A stretch of 64,000 nt of DNA. It comes from a virus. Below the pieces are notes generated by a model that worked only from the letters and a program-made list of their open reading frames with translations, was not told the origin of the DNA and did not search any database. How positions within the stretch are numbered: the stretch's first letter is position 1; the number at the start of each line of letters is the position of its first letter. Shown in pieces: positions 27,555 through 37,763 of this stretch. The stretch lies in IMG/VR virus record IMGVR_UViG_3300032288_004815, positions 1-64,000 of that record; one strand, 5' to 3'. A program made the translations under genes and the position numbers.

Positions 27555-28633
27555 ATTCAAGATTAAAATTTGGTGATACTTTTTGTGTTTTGCCTTGGAT
27601 CGAGCAGCATATTGATATTAAAGGCCAAAAAAGATTTTGTTGTCACTCTAACCAAACTTTAGATTCTGAAGAAACAGCTAATAATTTGCGGCATCAAATT
27701 TGGCAAGGTATTAAAATACCAGATTGTAGCTATTGCTATAGTTTAGAATTAAAAAAAGTTATAAGTCCGCGACAAAAAGAAAGTGCAAGATGGCTGCAAG
27801 ATAAAGATATAAAATTACATTTTGAAGCATCGCAGTGCCCCGAGCCAAAAGTAAAATTTTACGATTTAAGATTCGACAATAAATGTAATTTAGCTTGTAT
27901 TTCTTGCAATGCAGACGATAGTAGTTTTTGGGCTAAAGAACTTACAATACCTATAGTAAATAAAGTCAGAAAAATTGATTTTAATTTAGAAGGTATTAAA
28001 AAAATCTATTTTGCAGGTGGCGAGCCGTTAATAATAAAAAAATACATAGATATATTAGAAACTATTGCAAAAGATTACCCAGAAATTGAAGTAGTAATAA
28101 ACACAAATTTAAGTAGTTTATCTGACAGGTTTTTAAATGCTATTAGTCAAATTGATAATATTTCATTTATGGTGTCAATTGATGCATATAAAAAAGTAAA
28201 TGAATATCATAGATATCCAATTTCATGGGATAAATTTTACAATAATTTAAACTTATTGTTAACAAAAGATGCCGTTATACATTTTAATACTGTAGTAGAC
28301 GCAGTGTCCGTTTTTGGACTAGCAGATTTAAAAAAATTGCAGGATATTCCTATAACTTGGAATCTAACAGTGTTACAAAAACCAAATTGGTTAGTGCTTA
28401 AAAATATTCCAGAAAATTATAAATCTTTGGCGTTAGATGCAGTGCAAAAATTTTCAACTGATAATAAATTTTATTCAAATAGTTTAGATTTTAAATCTAA
28501 AATAAATCAAATTCAAAAAGAAATAAAAGAAATAGGCGATAAAAAACTTTTCATTGATAAAATCACAGAATTGGATATGAGACGAAATATCAATCACAGT
28601 GATTACTTGGGATTTGATTTCAATCAAAAATAA
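27551..28633 (+). CDS. Radical SAM protein
   Basis: FCVLPW..CC N-terminal Cys motif; CNLACISC; FAGGEP; NTN. Confidence 0.88.
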   Translation: MNSRLKFGDTFCVLPWIEQHIDIKGQKRFCCHSNQTLDSEETANNLRHQIWQGIKIPDCSYCYSLELKKVISPRQKESARWLQDKDIKLHFEASQCPEPKVKFYDLRFDNKCNLACISCNADDSSFWAKELTIPIVNKVRKIDFNLEGIKKIYFAGGEPLIIKKYIDILETIAKDYPEIEVVINTNLSSLSDRFLNAISQIDNISFMVSIDAYKKVNEYHRYPISWDKFYNNLNLLLTKDAVIHFNTVVDAVSVFGLADLKKLQDIPITWNLTVLQKPNWLVLKNIPENYKSLALDAVQKFSTDNKFYSNSLDFKSKINQIQKEIKEIGDKKLFIDKITELDMRRNINHSDYLGFDFNQK

Positions 28634-28640
28634 ATATTAT

Positions 28641-28886
28641 ATGATTCCAGGAATGTTCAAACCCAAGAAAAAGAAGGTTGTTGACCCCAATGCGCCCCCA
28701 AGGCCTACATTGTTGGGACACGAAAAAGAAATGAAATCTTGGCGTGAACAGTTTACTAAATTAGCTCAAACAAATACAGATCAAGCTATGGAGATAGCGT
28801 TTCTTCGTAGAAAATTAAACAGACTTGAAAATCAACTTGAAGCAACAATTGGTGTTGTTCAAAGACTTCAACAACAAAGAAGATAA
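28641..28886 (+). CDS. Hypothetical coiled-coil protein
   Basis: ATG 4 nt after TAAATA. Confidence 0.6.
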   Translation: MIPGMFKPKKKKVVDPNAPPRPTLLGHEKEMKSWREQFTKLAQTNTDQAMEIAFLRRKLNRLENQLEATIGVVQRLQQQRR

Positions 28887-28922
28887 TATCCCAGTTTAGG
28901 AGTACCTTGTATAAATACTTGT

Positions 28923-29450
28923 ATGAAACAAGTATTACACAAACATCATATTATTCCCAGACACGCAGGCGGCACAGACGACCCATCTAATTTAGTATAT
29001 CTAACAATTGAAGAACACGCTAACGCACATAAAAAATTGTTTGAACAATATGGCAGACAGGAAGATTTTTTAGCATGGAAAGGTCTTGATGGATTAATCG
29101 GCAAAGACGAGATGGTCAAATTGAAATGTTCATTGAATTCATCAAGACCCGGAGAACTTAACACTTTTTATGGTATGAAGCACACAGACGAAACAAAAAG
29201 AAAAATATCAGAAAAGAATAAAGGACATTCGTATAATAAGGGAATTCCAAAGTCAGACGAGCATAAAAAGAAAATAAGTGAAAGAAGAAAAGCTCAGGCA
29301 AAAAAGTATACATTTGAACATAAGGACGGAAGAACATTTACTGGAACTACAGGCGACTTAGTCAAAATAACTGGATCACAAGGAGCAGAAGCGTGGAAAC
29401 TTGTTGTCGGTATCTATAAAACACATAAAGGGTGGATTTTTAAAAAATGA
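28923..29450 (+). CDS. HNH homing endonuclease with NUMOD3 repeats
   Basis: HKHHIIPRHAGGTDDPSNLVYLTIEEHANAH; FYGMKHTDETKRKIS; KSDEHKKKIS; TATAAATA at 28910-28917. Confidence 0.88.
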   Translation: MKQVLHKHHIIPRHAGGTDDPSNLVYLTIEEHANAHKKLFEQYGRQEDFLAWKGLDGLIGKDEMVKLKCSLNSSRPGELNTFYGMKHTDETKRKISEKNKGHSYNKGIPKSDEHKKKISERRKAQAKKYTFEHKDGRTFTGTTGDLVKITGSQGAEAWKLVVGIYKTHKGWIFKK

Positions 29451-30043
29451 TGAATAAAAAAATTATATTAGTTGATTGTGATGGCGTCTTGTTAGACTGG
29501 GAGTATAGTTTTGATGTGTGGATGCAGCAACACGGATTTAATAAAGTAGATGGAGGAAACTTAAAATATAATATAGGAACCAGATATGGAATTGACCACG
29601 ATCAAGGCCGAAAACTCATTAAAATATTTAATGAATCTGCTCACATGGGTTTTTTACCTCCTCTCCGTGATGCCATGTACTATGTTAAACGATTGCACGA
29701 AGAACATGGTTTTATATTTCACTGTATTACTTCATTGACCACAGATGAAAATGCTCAAGAACTTAGAAAAATGAATCTAAGAAAGCTCTTTGGAACAACA
29801 GCATTTGAAAAGTTTGTATTTTTGGAAACCGGCGCAGACAAAGATCATGCACTAGAACCATACAGAAACAGTGGCTACTATTGGATTGAAGATAAAATTA
29901 TTAACGCTCAAGTTGGGTATAATTTAGGTCTTAATAGTTTATTAATGGAACACGGGCATAACATGAATGCCGATGTTGAATTTCCAATTGTAAAAAATTG
30001 GCGTGAAATTTATGAAATAGTTGCCAATTGTAAACATGTTTAA
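29447..30043 (+). CDS. HAD-family phosphatase/nucleotidase
   Basis: LVDCDGVLLDW, ITS, WIEDK. Confidence 0.82.
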   Translation: MMNKKIILVDCDGVLLDWEYSFDVWMQQHGFNKVDGGNLKYNIGTRYGIDHDQGRKLIKIFNESAHMGFLPPLRDAMYYVKRLHEEHGFIFHCITSLTTDENAQELRKMNLRKLFGTTAFEKFVFLETGADKDHALEPYRNSGYYWIEDKIINAQVGYNLGLNSLLMEHGHNMNADVEFPIVKNWREIYEIVANCKHV

Positions 30044-30878
30044 TAATGATGTAAATATCTTTTACACGGGCGGCAGCGGTGGATTTTTTTTATTACACAA
30101 TATTTTACTTTTGAATAAACATAATATATGCGTTCATTCACAGGCAATGAATCAAAGTTATATCAATTCAAAAGGAACTTTACTTTTAGATAAAGATAAT
30201 TTCGATACATTTAAAAGATTAGGCTGGCCGTCATATGAAGAATACTATAATCTTAATGTTTGGAATAAAAATTATATTAGTAAAATAAACGACTACACTT
30301 TGCAGGAAATATCAACAGTTGAAAAAATAAATGGATCAATAGGTCATCATTTACAAGACTATATGGATTTTGTAATTGATTTTTTAATTAAAAATCAATG
30401 GACAGAAACAGGATCGAAATGGAAGTGGAGTGAAATATGGCCAGATAATCTAAAAACATTAGAAACTTATTTTCATAATCATAGAAAATTTAAAATATAT
30501 TTTACTTGCAACGATATTGATCAATGGGTGACTTATCCTGGCACTAAAATTGTTTTGTATACAGACTTAAAGTCACAAATTAGATTAGCTTGGTACAAGA
30601 AAGCTAATTGGTTCTGTGATAAACATTTTCACAAAATGATAGAAACTAAAAAAATGATTAAACATCTAATACAAACTCATGATATTCAAAATCAAATTCA
30701 CACTTTAACAAAAAAAGCTATTAATATTTGCGATTATGCTATTAAATTACAAGATATCATTCACAGCCCGGATAAATTCCACTTTGTCACACAGGCTCAT
30801 AAAGATCTAAAATTTAGATGGTTGCAAAATCATCCCAACCATTTACTCAAGAAATGCCACATTGATTATCGCATTTAA
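30036..30878 (+). CDS. Hypothetical protein, sulfotransferase-like N-terminal loop
   Basis: NIFYTGGSGGFFLLH; very AT-rich. Confidence 0.45.
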   Translation: MFNNDVNIFYTGGSGGFFLLHNILLLNKHNICVHSQAMNQSYINSKGTLLLDKDNFDTFKRLGWPSYEEYYNLNVWNKNYISKINDYTLQEISTVEKINGSIGHHLQDYMDFVIDFLIKNQWTETGSKWKWSEIWPDNLKTLETYFHNHRKFKIYFTCNDIDQWVTYPGTKIVLYTDLKSQIRLAWYKKANWFCDKHFHKMIETKKMIKHLIQTHDIQNQIHTLTKKAINICDYAIKLQDIIHSPDKFHFVTQAHKDLKFRWLQNHPNHLLKKCHIDYRI

Positions 30879-31878
30879 ATAACCTACCATTTAAGTAAGA
30901 AGATTTTAACCAGCTTTGTTCAACTGCATTAAACCAACCAATGGCAGTTTCTAAACCTTGTTCCAGTGCGTTATTATTTTTTGCCATAGTCTGTAGAAAC
31001 ATGTTATCATGTTGCCAAGGATATTGATAATCTAATTTTGGATAAAATCCTAACCAACAACAAGGATAAACTTCACCAGTGGCAGTTACATAAATTTGCT
31101 GTGATTGTTTTGCTGCACAATTTACTTGTTTTTTCACAGGCAATATTTTATACTGTATTAATCTCGTATCAGGCAAATCGCCGTTTTTACCCCATTCTTT
31201 CCAAATTTCAATTCTTTTTGGATATTCAAAATTAATCATGTTAGGCAAATTACCTATATGGTATACAAAATTACCATGTCTATCATAAACTGGGCCCGAA
31301 TCTCTACCATCATCAAGCAAATCAAACCGTTGAAAACCTAACTCTCTACTCATTTGTCTACAACGATCAATCTGATGTTTGTTGTGGTCAAATTTAATCA
31401 TACGCCATATTGCGGTACCACCTGCTTCAATAAATTTTTTAGCATTAGTTATTACGGTTTTCCAATTTGTATTTCGTCTGTATATAGTATGAGTATCTTC
31501 TAATCCATCTATTGCAAATCCTATTTGTATGTTAGGTATTTTACCCAGTTGTTCCCATAGCCCGATTCGGCCGCCCGATGCATTTGTGCTAATTTCTATT
31601 CGCAGTTGTGGGTTACACATGCTAAAATATTGAACTATAGCCAAATTATCTTTGGCAGTAATGAAATCGCCGAAATTACCGTTTATTAATATATGATCTA
31701 GTTGATTCAAAAAATCAGGTGTAAATATTTTTTTGGCTTGAACTAGAGTCATGTCAGTTACTGGATAACCTAAGTCTTCGTCGTAACCTGAAGAATTTCT
31801 TGGACACATTGGACAGGCAGCATTACATCGTGTACTGATTTCTAAATGTACACTGCGAATGTTATTATAGTCGATCAT
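30847..31878 (-). CDS. Radical SAM protein with C-terminal SPASM/twitch-like domain
   Basis: CNAACPMC; GNFGD; TNA; GEVYPCCW; C..QC. Confidence 0.9.
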   Translation of the reverse strand: MIDYNNIRSVHLEISTRCNAACPMCPRNSSGYDEDLGYPVTDMTLVQAKKIFTPDFLNQLDHILINGNFGDFITAKDNLAIVQYFSMCNPQLRIEISTNASGGRIGLWEQLGKIPNIQIGFAIDGLEDTHTIYRRNTNWKTVITNAKKFIEAGGTAIWRMIKFDHNKHQIDRCRQMSRELGFQRFDLLDDGRDSGPVYDRHGNFVYHIGNLPNMINFEYPKRIEIWKEWGKNGDLPDTRLIQYKILPVKKQVNCAAKQSQQIYVTATGEVYPCCWLGFYPKLDYQYPWQHDNMFLQTMAKNNNALEQGLETAIGWFNAVEQSWLKSSYLNGRLFKCDNQCGIS

Positions 31879-31908
31879 ATTGTTATTTACGATCGACTAC
31901 TTTAACAG

Positions 31909-32649
31909 TTATATCTCTCGATATACCTTTAATACTTCTTTTACAGCAGGATGTCTTTGGATATCTCTTCCGGTAAGCTCTACTCCTGCTATATATTGAC
32001 AATTTTTGTAGTCTTCAACTAGTGCTTTGAAGTCTAATAGACCATTGTCGGGGTCTTGACGGTCCGCTTGTCGGGTGTCACCGGTAACAACCATTTTACT
32101 ATTTTCGCCTAAACGAGTTAACAGCATTTTCATCTGATTTGGTGTCGCGTTTTGCATTTCGTCTGCAATAATCCACGCATTTTTAAATGTCCGTCCTCGC
32201 ATGAATGCCAGTGGAGATATCTCTATAATTTGTTCGTCTAGCATTCGGGCTACTTCTTTTTTATCGTAATATTCATATAACACATCAAACAAAGGTCTAG
32301 TCCATGGTTCCATTTTTTGATTTAAATCACCAGGCAAAAAACCGTGTCGTTCATCGTCTACACCCACAGCAGGTCTTGTAAGAACAATTTTAGTTATACT
32401 GCCGTCTTTTAAGGCTTTTATTCCTGCTAACATAGCTAACATAGTTTTACCTGTACCAGCAGGGCCAGTGGCAAAAATTATTAGTTTGTTAGTGTCTGTG
32501 AGAAGATTAATATAGGTTTCTTGATTAAGTGTTTTGGGTAATAATTGAACTTGTCTTTTTTTGGTGTTATAGTAAGTGTTAATACTAACTACATTGTTTT
32601 CTACTTTTTGTTCAGGTTGGTAGAACAACCTACTCTTACGCTTCGACAA
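31909..32649 (-). CDS. phoH: PhoH family ATPase
   Basis: GPAGTGKT, GFLPG, AFMRGRTF, DEMQN, GD..QAD; TTG start at 32649 after GGAGG. Confidence 0.95.
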   Translation of the reverse strand: MSKRKSRLFYQPEQKVENNVVSINTYYNTKKRQVQLLPKTLNQETYINLLTDTNKLIIFATGPAGTGKTMLAMLAGIKALKDGSITKIVLTRPAVGVDDERHGFLPGDLNQKMEPWTRPLFDVLYEYYDKKEVARMLDEQIIEISPLAFMRGRTFKNAWIIADEMQNATPNQMKMLLTRLGENSKMVVTGDTRQADRQDPDNGLLDFKALVEDYKNCQYIAGVELTGRDIQRHPAVKEVLKVYREI

Positions 32650-32775
32650 TATGTCCTCCAAATGTGTAAATATGGACTCGAGTAGCGGACTCTAAACTCA
32701 GTGTCCACAATATTATTTAAAAATCGGATGAGATTACAAAACGCAGTTATAATTCTTGTAATACAGGACTAAGTA

Positions 32776-33498
32776 TTAGGCTAACTTGCTGTAAACAAAG
32801 TACAGTCTATCGTTAGCATCTTGCTTAAAAGTTTCTAATCTTAGATTATATTTGTCGGCAAACTCTTTCACTATGCTAAACGACCAGGGAAAGATATCAA
32901 CATATGGGCCTGTTTTATGCGTGATTCCAGGATTAGCTCTCAAATAAAAGTTACCTCCTGGTTTTAGAACACTAATACATTTTGAAAAACGAGCTTCAAT
33001 TTCATCACGACTGTTAAAATTTATACTGCCTAAAGCAATTAAAACATCGTGCTCACCTGTATAGTCTAATATGTCTACCATATAGTCAGCACAATTATTA
33101 TATGGATCAATACCTATTAAATTTTTAATTCTACCTTTAAAAGGATGATACCCACAGCCAATGTCTAAAACACTTTGAGGATTAAGTTGATTTATTTCGT
33201 CAGCTAGCTGCCAACCAGTATAATCATAGTCATTTGTACGGGGTTTCCAGATTTCTGCAAAAAATCTGTGAATGTATCGCTCACTTAAATCATGCGTAAT
33301 ATCTTTAAGAGTACCAAAATAATCGCAAGGCAAGCTTAATTCTGCCTCAACTATATCTTTAAATTTCCTATATCTTGCAGGAGTCCAGGGTAATTGATCT
33401 ACCAGAGTTGTTTCGTCAATTGAAATATTTGCATACTTGGGCAAATTAAATGCAGACTGCAAATTTTTTTGTAAAAGAGTAAAAATTTTCGTATTCAT
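32776..33498 (-). CDS. Class I SAM-dependent methyltransferase with N-terminal helical extension
   Basis: VLDIGCG, GIDP, LKPGG. Confidence 0.8.
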   Translation of the reverse strand: MNTKIFTLLQKNLQSAFNLPKYANISIDETTLVDQLPWTPARYRKFKDIVEAELSLPCDYFGTLKDITHDLSERYIHRFFAEIWKPRTNDYDYTGWQLADEINQLNPQSVLDIGCGYHPFKGRIKNLIGIDPYNNCADYMVDILDYTGEHDVLIALGSINFNSRDEIEARFSKCISVLKPGGNFYLRANPGITHKTGPYVDIFPWSFSIVKEFADKYNLRLETFKQDANDRLYFVYSKLA

Positions 33499-33580
33499 AA
33501 TAAATTTTTTTGTTTAGACTAAATATTTTTGTATTCGAACAAAATTTTTCAAGTAAAGTATTTAATCTATAAGGAACATC

Positions 33581-34540
33581 ATGAAACAATTTTTATCATT
33601 ATTAGCTTTAGTGCCGGCCATGGCTTTGGCTTGGCAACCAACTAAACCTGTTACAGTAATATTTCCCAATGGTCCCGGAGCAGGCAATGAAATATCATTT
33701 CGTATTGTAGCAGAACAAATTGAACGAACTTCGAATGTAAAGTTTGTGTCAGAATATAAACCAGGAGCCGACGGTAATATTGCTGGCAATTATTTTAATT
33801 CGTTACTGCCCGACGGACATACTATCATGGTACCTGCCTGTCAAAGCAATTGGGTAACACCAGATATTTGGTATAGTAAAATGGTCAAATATGATGCACA
33901 AAATTGGGAGCCTGTGGCAAACATTGCAAGAAGTCCACTGGCATTTTGGGCTAATCCTAAAAGTCCAATTAATACTCCTGAAGATTTGGTCAAATTAATT
34001 AACAGTAAATCCAGACCTGTAAACATAGCAATCGGCGGTGGCGGGCATAAACTAGCAGTAGAATATCTGACTACTTATTTGTCAGTTCCAGGTGGTGACC
34101 GTGTAGAAACACCCATGTACAAAGGACCCGCACAAGCACTGTTAGATGTTATGGGAGGTTCTGTAGAATTTGGTGTAACTCCAGTAGCAGTAGGCTACCC
34201 CCATGTTCAAGCAGGAAAACTAAAACTAATTGGTATTGCAGATACTAGAGTTTTACCAGGATTAGAAAAATATCCTTTAATGACTGCTGTTGTGCCCAAT
34301 CTCAGTATACACGGCTGCTGGAACATTGTGCTGCCCCCAGGAACACCCCAAGAAATACAGTCTTGGTACAATAAAAATTTTGTACCTGTAATAAGAAATG
34401 CACAGTCTGCAGAAAAATTTAAAGAAAATATGATGTACATAACTGTCAACGAGCATTCGCCCGAAGGAGTTAGAGCCAGTATGCATAAACTTAGACAACA
34501 ATGGCAACCCATTGCAAAGAAAATTAATCCACAACAATGA
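33581..34540 (+). CDS. Tripartite tricarboxylate transporter substrate-binding protein (Bug/TctC)
   Basis: Signal peptide; WQPTKPVTVIFPNGPGAG, KPGADGNIA, PDGHTI, YKGPAQALLDVMGG, PPGTP. Confidence 0.9.
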   Translation: MKQFLSLLALVPAMALAWQPTKPVTVIFPNGPGAGNEISFRIVAEQIERTSNVKFVSEYKPGADGNIAGNYFNSLLPDGHTIMVPACQSNWVTPDIWYSKMVKYDAQNWEPVANIARSPLAFWANPKSPINTPEDLVKLINSKSRPVNIAIGGGGHKLAVEYLTTYLSVPGGDRVETPMYKGPAQALLDVMGGSVEFGVTPVAVGYPHVQAGKLKLIGIADTRVLPGLEKYPLMTAVVPNLSIHGCWNIVLPPGTPQEIQSWYNKNFVPVIRNAQSAEKFKENMMYITVNEHSPEGVRASMHKLRQQWQPIAKKINPQQ

Positions 34541-35157
34541 AATATATTTTTGTGTCTGGCGCTCCAGGATCTAAGTGGAGCAGTGTAGTTAAAAACATTT
34601 ACTATAGTTCTAGTATTGACTCAAGTGACGCAAGCCCTAGTCGAGAATATTACCATGATGCCACTGGAGAAATGCAGCTCATGCACATGGGGGTATATTG
34701 GGGACCAGCTATGGAATTTGGAGACTGGTTTGAAAATCTTGATCAGTACTCGAAAGAAACCAACGAAGCTGAATTTGATCGTCCATTCTCGGGTAAAGGC
34801 ATAAGGATTATCAAAAGTCATGTGTTTGGTTATCATATAGATTACATTAAAAAAACTTGGCCAGACTGTCCAATTGTGCTTATAGATAGGTCAGATGATG
34901 CCTGTTTAGGCTGGTGGGTAAAGTGCGGAGAATTTAAAATTACCTATCCTTTGTATCGTGATTATTACAAAGATCTTAGACAAATGGCTGAATGTATTCG
35001 TAAGGAAAACCTGGGCAACAGGCGGGCTGCTAGAGAATGGCCCAGTAAGACTGTAGAAACAAACTTGCAGTTATCAAGATTACTGGGACTTTCGGACCCT
35101 CCACTATGTTATCGGCAAGATTACACTGCATCAGATATAAAGGTAACAGTTATATGA
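34537..35157 (+). CDS. Sulfotransferase/P-loop-like protein
   Basis: IFVSGAPGSKWSSV, RIIKSH, IVLIDR. Confidence 0.55.
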   Translation: MKYIFVSGAPGSKWSSVVKNIYYSSSIDSSDASPSREYYHDATGEMQLMHMGVYWGPAMEFGDWFENLDQYSKETNEAEFDRPFSGKGIRIIKSHVFGYHIDYIKKTWPDCPIVLIDRSDDACLGWWVKCGEFKITYPLYRDYYKDLRQMAECIRKENLGNRRAAREWPSKTVETNLQLSRLLGLSDPPLCYRQDYTASDIKVTVI

Positions 35158-35807
35158 AGTCCAATTGGGAATTGACCAAAGCTCGTAGCCAATATCATTT
35201 TGATACCGATAAGTGGAATCCTAAATGGGATCGTGTAGAAAGAATTGGGTCTATTCCAGTTACTTGGAAAAGCGAATTACTTGAAGTAATACAGTCAGCA
35301 CTGCCTGTAACTTGGCGAACAAGGGGCAGAAACAATGATCCTTTAAAACGCCAAGATATAGAGTATGATCAAGAAGATTATGATTTAGAACAACAGGGCT
35401 ACGGCAAAGATTATGTAATAACGAATTTAACATATTCATTGCCCTCAGTATTTCAGTCTATTGCAGATAAATTTTGTTTAGAAAACTGTATGGCTCGTGT
35501 GCATGTACAGCAGCCAGGGCAAGTATGGAATTTGCATTTAGACAAGTTAGAAAAATGGATGCCCGAAGACCCCACAAAAGTAGTTAGATATTTTGTACAA
35601 TTAACAGACTGGCAACAGGGTCATTTTTGGAATTTTGGCAACTATACTTGGTGGGGATGGCATGCAGGGGATGTTACAACTTTTGACTGGTTGAATGTTC
35701 CCCACAGCACCGCCAATGCAGGGCACACAGCCCGAGCAACACTACAAATTACAGGTTTAAAAACTATCAAAACTCAAGAGTATTTGAACTCTCTTGAATA
35801 TAAATAA
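35154..35807 (+). CDS. Putative 2OG-Fe(II) oxygenase
   Basis: QQPGQVWNLHLD, PHSTANAG..R.TLQITG. Confidence 0.65.
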   Translation: MKSNWELTKARSQYHFDTDKWNPKWDRVERIGSIPVTWKSELLEVIQSALPVTWRTRGRNNDPLKRQDIEYDQEDYDLEQQGYGKDYVITNLTYSLPSVFQSIADKFCLENCMARVHVQQPGQVWNLHLDKLEKWMPEDPTKVVRYFVQLTDWQQGHFWNFGNYTWWGWHAGDVTTFDWLNVPHSTANAGHTARATLQITGLKTIKTQEYLNSLEYK

Positions 35808-35811
35808 CTAC

Positions 35812-36342
35812 ATGCCTGCAAATATTAAAAAAATATTAGATAATACCAAAGATATCTACATGACTGACAGCAGTTTAGAAACTCTGCTGGATTTTGAGCG
35901 TGTATTAGATGACATGGACTTGTACGCTTTTCCCAATTGGAAAAAAGGAGAATTAGTTGAAGGTCCTGTGTATGAAAAATATTTCGTAACTTGTACTTTT
36001 ATGTATGATTACAAAGACATGCCAGATCCTGATGGTGGTGAAAGATTATTAAACTATGGCTGCGAAATAACTTACAAAAAAGATACCTTAGAGTACCCTG
36101 TACAAGTTAAAAGCCCCGATGATTTTAAACCTGGTACAAAAGTTCCCCGACTAGTCAGTAAGCCAATTTGGCTTGTTTCTATTACTATGCCCAAACAGCT
36201 AATGACTGACATAGAACAAGGCAGTATAGAACTAGAGAACGACTTGTTAGACCAAGAAGAAATTGAACAAGCAGCTGAACAAGGTGAAACAAATGATGTG
36301 TTTCAGCAAGACATGGAGCAACAAAATGCACCCGCTATCTAA
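35812..36342 (+). CDS. Hypothetical acidic phage protein
   Basis: ATG 5 nt after TATAAATA (35799-35806). Confidence 0.7.
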   Translation: MPANIKKILDNTKDIYMTDSSLETLLDFERVLDDMDLYAFPNWKKGELVEGPVYEKYFVTCTFMYDYKDMPDPDGGERLLNYGCEITYKKDTLEYPVQVKSPDDFKPGTKVPRLVSKPIWLVSITMPKQLMTDIEQGSIELENDLLDQEEIEQAAEQGETNDVFQQDMEQQNAPAI

Positions 36343-36886
36343 GCTATTTGAAGGTCTTGAACAAGGAGACCTTAAAAGACTGATAATTCCTGAGCTGCAC
36401 ATTGATGAATTCAAAAGTAAAATGGGTACCGATGAAGATATCATTGTTGTTAGTTTTAAAGTTAAAGAAAAACAGCCAGCAAATGCCTTAATGGTATTCA
36501 TGGAAACAGGTTATGAATTCATATTAGACGGAGATGTAAGTTCAGGGGTCATGGATGATGGCGATTATATTGTATTTGCAGAAATAGAAAGAAACCGTGA
36601 AGCTCCAAAACTTATTATGCGTCTAATAGATGATATTTTAAATTTAACCGATCAAGATATAACAGAGTGGCAATTTCAATATAGAAAGAATGCCAAGCTA
36701 TATGATTTAACTGAAGAAAACATTGCAAACATAGTGCCTTTGGAACCAAAGATTTATAAACAAAAATTCAAAGACAGCAACAATGAAATTACAGCCATGC
36801 AAGAAGCTGCTAGAGTACCTATCAACAAAACTGCCCCAATCAATTCATGGACAGAGCACTTACGAGTAGCAGCAGGCCTGAAGTAA
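36326..36886 (+). CDS. Hypothetical phage protein
   Basis: MHPLSKLFEGL..IDEFKSKMG. Confidence 0.65.
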   Translation: MHPLSKLFEGLEQGDLKRLIIPELHIDEFKSKMGTDEDIIVVSFKVKEKQPANALMVFMETGYEFILDGDVSSGVMDDGDYIVFAEIERNREAPKLIMRLIDDILNLTDQDITEWQFQYRKNAKLYDLTEENIANIVPLEPKIYKQKFKDSNNEITAMQEAARVPINKTAPINSWTEHLRVAAGLK

Positions 36887-37746
36887 TTGATATAATTGTA
36901 GTTGCATATCGCAATGACATTTTTCTATTAGAACTTCAAGCTAGATCAATTTCCTTATACTTTCCACAGGAACGCATTGGCAATATTTACATATGTGTAA
37001 ATGATGAAGATCATTATTGTACAGATATAAACCTAGACTGGTGGGGCGAAAATAAAACAAAAGTAAAAATTATTGCCCGTAGCAATTTTGGGTCCGATCC
37101 TAGTTTAGATGGTTGGAGAAGTCAACAACTTTATAAATTATTACTGGCTAATCAAGCCAAATCAAACTGGAGCCTGTGTTTAGACAGTAAAACTTGTTTT
37201 GTACAAAAGTTAGACTGGAACAGTTTATTTGACCAGTTGGGACGAGTAAATTTTAAACATTTGCCAACAATTAATGCTTTTCTATCCGCACAGTATTTTA
37301 TAGAAGAATATTTTCAAATTTCTTGCCCTCAAGTGCTAGGACCAGGCGGGGTGCCTTTTATGTTTCACACAACCACAGTAAACTCTATGATCAGTGAAAT
37401 TCCAGATTTTTTTAACTTCTTTTGTCAAAATGTTAAGAGTCCCAATGAGTTAACAGAATTTATGCTGTATACTGGTTTTGTGCTTTACAAATATGGCAAA
37501 TTTGATGACTTATACACCGACAATCAATACTACAGTATTTTCAATTTAGCAGATTTTCAAGTAAAAGATTTTGATAAAACATGGAGTTGTACAAAACAAT
37601 CTAATTTACTAACTGCCAGTGTACAAGAAAGAGCTTACCCTAATTTATCCAATGAACAATTTGATATTTGGGTAGATTTTTTGCAGAACAAAAACTTACT
37701 GACCAAAGATGATGCAATAGTCCAAAAGCTAAATACTTTGAGATAA
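36847..37746 (+). CDS. Putative glycosyltransferase (GT-A-like)
   Basis: IDIIVVAY, GWRSQQLYKL, LDSK; start uncertain. Confidence 0.55.
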   Translation: MDRALTSSSRPEVIDIIVVAYRNDIFLLELQARSISLYFPQERIGNIYICVNDEDHYCTDINLDWWGENKTKVKIIARSNFGSDPSLDGWRSQQLYKLLLANQAKSNWSLCLDSKTCFVQKLDWNSLFDQLGRVNFKHLPTINAFLSAQYFIEEYFQISCPQVLGPGGVPFMFHTTTVNSMISEIPDFFNFFCQNVKSPNELTEFMLYTGFVLYKYGKFDDLYTDNQYYSIFNLADFQVKDFDKTWSCTKQSNLLTASVQERAYPNLSNEQFDIWVDFLQNKNLLTKDDAIVQKLNTLR

Positions 37747-37763
37747 TATTTCGAGGAGTTTTT

